From: a virus
Lineage: Duplodnaviria; Heunggongvirae; Uroviricota; Caudoviricetes
Length of the DNA: 4,181 bases
Reading direction: 5' to 3' (one strand)
Virus record (IMG/VR): IMGVR_UViG_2713896781_000007
This document shows, piece by piece, positions 1 to 4,181 of the stretch. The notes beneath the pieces were generated by a model. The model worked only from the letters and a program-made list of their open reading frames with translations. It did no database searches and was not told the DNA's origin. Each line of letters starts with the position of its first letter. Within the stretch, counting starts at the first letter, position 1. The position numbers and the translations under genes were made by a program.

Positions 1-268
1 GATGAGCCATGTCAGCTATGCCGGTCATCTGGCGCAGGCCGGTGTGGATATCACGCTGATTTATGCCGGGGCGCACAAGGTGGATGGCAATCAGTTTGAA
101 GCGTTGCCGGCAGAGGTTCGCCAGGATATGCAGCAGCGGATTGATGCGGCGCACCGGATGTTTGCCGAAAAAGTGGCGATGTATACCGGGTTGTCTGTGG
201 ATGCGGTCACGGGAACAGAGGCCGCCGTTTTTGAAGGTCAGTCCGGCATTGAGGCCGGGCTGGCGGAT
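1..268 (+). CDS. C: Head maturation protease, S49 (SppA-like) family, lambda gpC-like; 5'-partial (runs off the window start) and 3' end lost in the N-run
   Basis: Frame-2 translation (2..268) ends ...VRQDMQQRIDAAHRMFAEKVAMYTGLSVDAVTGTEAAVFEGQSGIEAGLAD, which fits the C-terminal motif pattern of S49 peptidases. It sits directly upstream of D/E as in lambda. The ATG at position 2 is just the first codon in the window, not a supported start. Confidence 0.8.
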
Positions 269-353
269 NNNNNNNNNNNNNNNNNNNNNNNNNNNNNNNN
301 NNNNNNNNNNNNNNNNNNNNNNNNNNNNNNNNNNNNNNNNNNNNNNNNNNNNN
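269..353. other. N-run (85 nt), assembly gap or masked bases inside the protease/scaffold gene
   Basis: Run of n characters; the flanking coding frames differ (frame 2 before, frame 0 after). Confidence 0.99.
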
Positions 354-833
354 ATGAGCGTTGAACAGGCCCGGGCGATTCTGGCCGCGGCGGCACCGCA
401 GCAGCCGGTGGCATCCGCGCAGAGTGAAGCCGATCGCATTATGGCGTGTGAAGAAGCGAACGGTCGTGAACAACTGGCAGCAACGCTGGCGGCGATGCCG
501 GAGATGACGGTGGAAAAAGCCCGCCCGATCCTGGCGGCTGCACCACTGGCGGATGCCGGGCCCTCACTTCGTGATCAGATCATGGCCCTGGATGAGGCAA
601 AAGGGGCAGAAGCGCAGGCTGAAAAACTGGCGGCCTGCCCGGGAATGACCGTGGAGAACGCCCGGGCTGTGCTGGCTGCGGGATCAGGTAAGGCCGAACC
701 GGTCTCTGCATCCACAGCCGCCATGTTTGAACATTTCATGGCGAACCATTCACCGGCAGCGGTCCAGGGGGGCGTGTCACAGGCGTCAGAAGACGGTGAT
801 GCGGACGTGAAAATGCTCATGGCCATGCCATGA
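354..833 (+). CDS. nu3: Scaffold-like C-terminal region of the protease gene (lambda Nu3-like), or a separate scaffold gene; true start may lie inside the N-run
   Basis: Frame-0 ORF from the first base after the N-run to TGA at 831-833. The protein is Ala/Glu-rich and low complexity, with tandem repeats MSVEQARAILAAA / MTVEKARPILAAA / MTVENARAVLAAG. Its position between the protease domain and D matches lambda C/Nu3. It is in a different frame from the pre-gap protease segment as written. Confidence 0.65.
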   Translation: MSVEQARAILAAAAPQQPVASAQSEADRIMACEEANGREQLAATLAAMPEMTVEKARPILAAAPLADAGPSLRDQIMALDEAKGAEAQAEKLAACPGMTVENARAVLAAGSGKAEPVSASTAAMFEHFMANHSPAAVQGGVSQASEDGDADVKMLMAMP

Positions 834-869
834 AGTCAGTGCTGACCATCAATATGAGGTTTTAACAAA

Positions 870-1085
870 ATGGTGACGAAAACCATCACTGAACAGCGTG
901 CGGAAGTACGTATTTTTGCCGGTAATGATCCGGCTCATNNNNNNNNNNNNNNNNNNNNNNNNNNNNNNNNNNNNNNNNNNNNNNNNNNNNNNNCGGAGGC
1001 AATCCGCTGGCCTGACAGTGTGGATGAACACAAAAAGGCAAATGCCTTTGCCGGCACAGCCCTGAGTCACGCGGCGCTGCCGTAA
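870..1085 (+). CDS. D: Head decoration protein, lambda gpD-like, interrupted by an N-run
   Basis: N-terminus MVTKTITEQRAEVRIFAGNDPAH and C-terminus EAIRWPDSVDEHKKANAFAGTALS match lambda gpD (...GNSDPAH... and ...[27 protein letters not shown]). GAGG at 856-859 lies upstream of ATG 870; stop TAA at 1083-1085. The middle of the protein is missing in the N-run 939-993. Confidence 0.85.
   Translation: MVTKTITEQRAEVRIFAGNDPAHXXXXXXXXXXXXXXXXXXXEAIRWPDSVDEHKKANAFAGTALSHAALP
939..993. other. N-run (55 nt) inside the gpD-like gene
   Basis: Run of n characters. The gene as written encodes only about 71 codons against about 110 for lambda gpD, so the gap is probably undersized. Confidence 0.99.
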
Positions 1086-1142
1086 CACGTTATCAGGCCA
1101 CCGCGTTGACCTGACTGATTTCTTAATGAAAGGAACTGATTT

Positions 1143-2180
1143 ATGGGATTGTTTACGACCCGCCAGTTGCTCGGTTATACCGAACAAAAAGTTAAATTTC
1201 GTGCGCTGTTTCTGGAACTGTTTTTCCGCCGTACGGTGAATTTCCACACCGAAGAGGTGATGCTGGACAAAATTACCGGAAAAACGCCGGTGGCGGCCTA
1301 TGTCTCCCCGNNNNNNNNNNNNNNNNNNNNNNNNNNNNNNNNNNNNNNNNNNNNNNNNNNCCGCGTGTTACGTCCGGGCTACGTCAAGCCGAAACACGAA
1401 TTTAATTACCAGCAGGCGGTTGAACGCCTTCCCGGTGAAGATCCGGCTCAGCTGAACGACCCGGCCTACCGTCGTCTGCGTATCATCACTGATAACCTCA
1501 AACAGGAAGAGCACGCTATTGTGCAGGTGGAAGAAATGCAGGCGGTGAATGCCGTGCTGTATGGCAAATATACGATGGAAGGAGACCAGTTCGAGAAAAT
1601 TGAAGTCGATTTTGGCCGATCGACGAAGAATAACATCATACAGGGTAGCGGTAAGGAGTGGTCAAAACAGGATCGTGACACGTTCGACCCGACATATGAT
1701 ATCGACCTTTTCTGTGATCAGGCCAGTGGTCTTGTGAATATTGCCATTATGGACGGTACCGTCTGGCGTCTGCTGAATGGCTTTAAGCTTTTCCGCGAAA
1801 AACTGGATACCCGTCGCGGTTCAAATTCACAACTCGAAACGGCAGTGAAAGATCTGGGCGCAGTGGTATCCTTCAAGGGGTATTACGGCGATCTGGCCAT
1901 TGTGGTAGCGAAAACGTCTTATGTGGCAGAGGACGGTACCGAAAAACGTTATCTGCCGGAGGGCACGCTGGTGCTGGGGAATACGGCAGCAGAGGGGATT
2001 CGTTGCTATGGAGCCATTAAGGATGCACAGGCGTTGTCCGAAGGAGTGGTGGCTTCTTCCCGTTACCCGAAACACTGGTTGACCGTGGGCGATCCGTCCT
2101 GTGAATTCACCATGACGCAGTCCGCGCCGCTGATGGTGCTGCCGGATCCGGATGAGTTTGTGGTGGTGCAGGTGAAATAA
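1143..2180 (+). CDS. E: Major capsid protein, lambda gpE-like
   Basis: 345-aa ORF collinear with lambda gpE (341 aa) over its whole length, e.g. FFRRTVNFHTEEV, PGYVKPKHE, AIVQVEEMQAVNAVLYGKYTM, KLDTRRGSNSQLETAVKDLG, SAPLMVLPDPDEFVVVQV. AAGGA at 1130-1134 lies 8 nt upstream of ATG 1143; stop TAA at 2178-2180. The N-run 1311-1360 is in frame and about the expected length. Confidence 0.97.
   Translation: MGLFTTRQLLGYTEQKVKFRALFLELFFRRTVNFHTEEVMLDKITGKTPVAAYVSPXXXXXXXXXXXXXXXXXRVLRPGYVKPKHEFNYQQAVERLPGEDPAQLNDPAYRRLRIITDNLKQEEHAIVQVEEMQAVNAVLYGKYTMEGDQFEKIEVDFGRSTKNNIIQGSGKEWSKQDRDTFDPTYDIDLFCDQASGLVNIAIMDGTVWRLLNGFKLFREKLDTRRGSNSQLETAVKDLGAVVSFKGYYGDLAIVVAKTSYVAEDGTEKRYLPEGTLVLGNTAAEGIRCYGAIKDAQALSEGVVASSRYPKHWLTVGDPSCEFTMTQSAPLMVLPDPDEFVVVQVK
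1311..1360. other. N-run (50 nt) inside the major capsid gene
   Basis: Run of n characters; frame and approximate length are preserved relative to lambda gpE. Confidence 0.99.
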
Positions 2181-2187
2181 TCCGTGA

Positions 2188-2216
2188 GCGGGGGCGAAAT
2201 GCCCCCGTGTTTTTTT
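2188..2216 (+). terminator. Rho-independent terminator-like hairpin immediately downstream of the major capsid gene
   Basis: GCGGGGGC (2188-2195) pairs with GCCCCCGT (2201-2208), giving 7 G-C pairs plus one G-U, around a 5-nt loop GAAAT. It is followed by G and a run of seven T (2210-2216), and begins 7 nt after the E stop codon. Confidence 0.8.
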
Positions 2217-2231
2217 CACAGGGAGCTGGAT

Positions 2232-2600
2232 ATGGCAACAAAAGAAGAAAATCAGAAACGTCTTCGTGAACTGGCTGGTCTGCTGGGGCGCGAGGCGGAT
2301 ATGTCGGGGAGTGCTGCGGATATCGCACAGCGTGTGGCAGAGTGGGAAGAGGAGGTTTGCGCCTCGAAAAATGAAATCGCAGATGTTGATGATACCGTTC
2401 ATGAGCAGGCATGCAGGCACACCGGTGAGGATGACGTTGGTATTCTGGAACGTATCAGGCTTCTGAAGTGTTTTTACCTGTGCGGTGTTGACGATGAAAC
2501 AGGTGAGCCTGTTGAGCATGTTGATGCTGGCAGAGTAATTCTGATGCCCCCCTCAGTGGCAAAAGACATGGTCAGGAGCGGAATGGCCGTTTATGCATGA
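2232..2600 (+). CDS. FI: DNA packaging / head assembly protein, lambda gpFI-like
   Basis: Sits between E and FII as in lambda. GGGAG at 2221-2225 lies 6 nt upstream of ATG 2232; stop TGA at 2598-2600 overlaps the FII start. It has an acidic N-terminal half, as I recall for lambda FI. Similarity to lambda FI is weaker than for the neighbouring genes, so the call rests mainly on position and size (122 aa). Confidence 0.75.
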   Translation: MATKEENQKRLRELAGLLGREADMSGSAADIAQRVAEWEEEVCASKNEIADVDDTVHEQACRHTGEDDVGILERIRLLKCFYLCGVDDETGEPVEHVDAGRVILMPPSVAKDMVRSGMAVYA

Positions 2601-2946
2601 TTTTGAGAATTCCTTTGATGCTGCCCTTGCCGGGGTGGACAGAACGATTGTTGAAGTGATGGGGCTCTGTGCGCAGTTCACCTCGGGGGCACAGTGTGGC
2701 AGCGAAGTTCAGGGGGTTTTTGACGATCCGGAGTCGCTGGGGTTTGCCGGTAGCGGGGTCCGTATTGAAGGAAGCAGCCCGTCATTATTTGTGCGGATGG
2801 ATACGGTTCGTGCCGTGCGGCGTGGTGACACGCTGACCATTAATGGTGAGACATTCTGGGTGGATCGTGTTTCTCCGGATGACGGGGGCAGCTGTTATCT
2901 CTGGCTCAACCGTGGGCAACCACCCGCAGTTAACCGGCGACGATAA
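2593..2946 (+). CDS. FII: Head-tail joining protein, lambda gpFII-like
   Basis: 117-aa ORF collinear with lambda gpFII: MHDFENSFDAA, GVFDDPE, GVRIEGSSPSLFVR, RRGDTLTI, FWVDRVSPDDGGSCYLWL, PPAVNRRR. The ATG overlaps the FI stop by 8 nt; stop TAA at 2944-2946. Confidence 0.95.
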   Translation: MHDFENSFDAALAGVDRTIVEVMGLCAQFTSGAQCGSEVQGVFDDPESLGFAGSGVRIEGSSPSLFVRMDTVRAVRRGDTLTINGETFWVDRVSPDDGGSCYLWLNRGQPPAVNRRR

Positions 2947-2960
2947 ACGCAGGGTGAATT

Positions 2961-3536
2961 ATGGCGATAAAAGGGCTTGATCAGGCGATTGACAATCTGA
3001 GCCGGGTTCGTAAAAACGCCATTCCGGCTGCTTCTGCAATGACCATTAACCGCGTGGCCACAACGGCGATTAATCAGTCTTCGTCACAGGTTGCCCGGGA
3101 AACCAGGGTGAGACGGAAACTGGTAAAGGAACGGTCCAGACTGAAACGGGCGACGGTCAGAAATCCGAATGCCAGAATTATCGTTAACCGCGGTGATCTC
3201 CCTGTGATTAAGCTGGGGATCAGAATGCTGGGGCGTCGTCCGAACAGCATACTCAAAGCCGGTCAGCATCGTTATCAGCGGGCATTTATCCAGCGATTAA
3301 ATAATGGGCGCTGGCATGTTATGCAACGTCTTCCCCAGGCCAGATATGAGGAGGGCAATGACGACAAGGGAAGGAAAAAGCGTAATCGCCTTCCCATTCA
3401 GGTGGTGAAAATCCCGATGGCGGCCCCACTGAAACAGGCATTTGATGAGAATGTTGACCGTATCCGGCGTGAACGCCTGCCTAAAGAACTGGCATACGCG
3501 CTGAAACAACAACTGAGGATTGCAATAAAACGATGA
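2961..3536 (+). CDS. Z: Tail completion protein, lambda gpZ-like
   Basis: 191-aa ORF. The N-terminus MAIKGLDQAIDNLSR...SQVARETRVRRKLVKERSRLKRATV and C-terminus RLNNGRWHVMQR...VVKIPMA...[25 protein letters not shown] closely match lambda gpZ. GGGTGA lies upstream of ATG 2961; stop TGA at 3534-3536 overlaps the U start (ATGA). Confidence 0.95.
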   Translation: MAIKGLDQAIDNLSRVRKNAIPAASAMTINRVATTAINQSSSQVARETRVRRKLVKERSRLKRATVRNPNARIIVNRGDLPVIKLGIRMLGRRPNSILKAGQHRYQRAFIQRLNNGRWHVMQRLPQARYEEGNDDKGRKKRNRLPIQVVKIPMAAPLKQAFDENVDRIRRERLPKELAYALKQQLRIAIKR

Positions 3537-4015
3537 AACACACTGACATTCGTGCCGCAGTGCTGGATGCACTCGAGCAGCATGAACACGGGGCGACGCT
3601 GTTTGATGGTCGCCCCGTTGTTTTTGACGAAGAGGATTTTCCNGCGNTCGCGGTTTATCTGACGGATGCAGAGTATACCGGTGAAGAGCTGGATGCAGAT
3701 ACCTGGCGGGCCACGCTGCATATTGAGGTGTTTTTACCGGCACAGGTACCGGATTCAGAGCTTGATCAGTGGATGGAAAGCCGGATTTACCCGGCGATGA
3801 CCGCGATCCCGGCACTGGCAGGACTGATTACCACGATGGTTACGCAGGGCTATGAGTATCGTCGTGATNNNNNNNNNNNNNNNNNNNNNNNNNNNNNNNN
3901 NNNNNNNNNNNNNNNNNNCACGATGGTTACGCAGGGCTATGAGTATCGTCGTGATGACGATATGGCGTTATGGAGTTCTGCAGATCTGACTTATTCCATT
4001 ACATACGAGATGTGA
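3533..4015 (+). CDS. U: Tail terminator protein, lambda gpU-like; the coding sequence as written contains an N-run and a duplicated 37-bp segment
   Basis: [69 protein letters not shown] and [22 protein letters not shown] match lambda gpU (131 aa). Removing the N-run and one copy of the repeat gives exactly 131 aa. Stop TGA at 4013-4015. Confidence 0.9.
   Translation: MKHTDIRAAVLDALEQHEHGATLFDGRPVVFDEEDFXAXAVYLTDAEYTGEELDADTWRATLHIEVFLPAQVPDSELDQWMESRIYPAMTAIPALAGLITTMVTQGYEYRRDXXXXXXXXXXXXXXXXXTMVTQGYEYRRDDDMALWSSADLTYSITYEM
3832..3955 (+). repeat. Perfect 37-bp direct repeat (CACGATGGTTACGCAGGGCTATGAGTATCGTCGTGAT) abutting both edges of the N-run
   Basis: Copy 1 at 3832-3868 and copy 2 at 3919-3955 are identical by direct reading; the spacing is 87 nt, i.e. 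29 codons. Confidence 0.95.
3869..3918. other. N-run (50 nt) inside the gpU-like gene, flanked by identical 37-bp sequence
   Basis: Run of n characters; 3832-3868 and 3919-3955 are identical. Confidence 0.99.
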
Positions 4016-4022
4016 GGACGAT

Positions 4023-4181
4023 ATGGCAACACCAAATCCCCTTGAGCCGGTAAAAGGTGCCGGTACCACTCTGTGGGTTTACAACGGCAAGGGTGATGCT
4101 TATGCAAACCCGTTGTCAGACGATGACTGGCAGCGACTGGCTAAGGTGAAGGATCTGACGCCGGGCGAGATGACGGCAGAA
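4023..4181 (+). CDS. V: Major tail protein, lambda gpV-like; 3'-partial (runs off the window end)
   Basis: Translation [53 protein letters not shown] matches the lambda gpV N-terminus (...[12 protein letters not shown]...[24 protein letters not shown]). GAGG at 4014-4017 lies 5 nt upstream of ATG 4023. It is absent from the ORF track because there is no stop codon in the window. Confidence 0.93.
   Translation, partial: MATPNPLEPVKGAGTTLWVYNGKGDAYANPLSDDDWQRLAKVKDLTPGEMTAE

Noticed and set aside
63-353. Frame-0 N-terminal extension of track ORF 63..833 (MPGRTRWMAISLKRCRQRF...)
   Set aside because: Before the gap the real coding frame is frame 2 (S49 protease motifs). The frame-0 translation there is Arg/Cys-rich nonsense joined to the true post-gap ORF only through Ns.
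1093-1114. Possible small hairpin (TCAGG ... CCTGA) in the D-E intergenic spacer
   Set aside because: It is only a 5-bp stem with a 12-nt loop and no T-tract, which is not distinguishable from chance.
849-1247. 132-aa minus-strand ORF spanning the D/E region
   Set aside because: It is antisense to D and the start of E and is kept open partly by the N-run translating as X; no support.
1466-1737. Short ORFs inside the major capsid gene (1466..1681 minus strand, 1549..1737 plus strand)
   Set aside because: They are nested in or antisense to gpE, which has full-length similarity; these are chance open frames.
2184-2231. GTG-initiated N-terminal extension of the FI ORF (track ORF 2184..2600)
   Set aside because: The extension would be translated straight through the terminator hairpin and T-tract. 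ATG 2232 has a proper GGGAG ribosome binding site 6 nt upstream and gives an N-terminus that matches the expected FI start.
2266-2466. 66-aa plus-strand ORF in an alternative frame inside FI
   Set aside because: It is fully nested in a better-supported gene in another frame, with no ribosome binding site and no similarity.
1827-2519. 230-aa ORF on the minus strand
   Set aside because: It lies antisense to the well-supported major capsid and FI genes, its His/Arg/Cys-rich composition is typical of a non-coding frame in GC-rich DNA, and it has no start context or recognisable similarity.
3297-3815. 172-aa and 107-aa minus-strand ORFs (3297..3815 and 3398..3721)
   Set aside because: They are antisense to the strongly supported Z and U genes and include ambiguous bases; this is a spurious open frame.
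1-4181. Searched for CRISPR repeats, tRNA-like structures, IS-element inverted repeats and promoter-like -35/-10 pairs
   Set aside because: None were seen. Coding density is near complete on the + strand, and late-operon genes are expected to be transcribed from a promoter far upstream, outside this window.

Overview
This window is an ordinary, fully syntenic segment of a lambda-like (lambdoid) phage or prophage late structural operon, and I find no support for a novel accessory or defence system in it. All genes are on the + strand and tightly packed, in the lambda order C/Nu3, D, E, FI, FII, Z, U, V: the 3' part of an S49-family head maturation protease gene with a repeat-containing scaffold-like C-terminal region, the head decoration protein, the major capsid protein, FI, FII, Z, U and the 5' end of the major tail protein V. 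Calls rest on protein similarity recalled from memory of the lambda proteins plus start/stop and ribosome-binding-site context read from the sequence; no database search was run. Four N-runs (269-353, 939-993, 1311-1360, 3869-3918) interrupt the protease, D, E and U genes. One is flanked by a perfect 37-bp direct repeat and one changes reading frame, so the main things worth a second look are assembly or masking problems, not new biology. A strong intrinsic terminator-like hairpin sits between E and FI. There is no intergenic space for cargo genes, and no tRNA, CRISPR, IS element or credible reverse-strand gene was seen.
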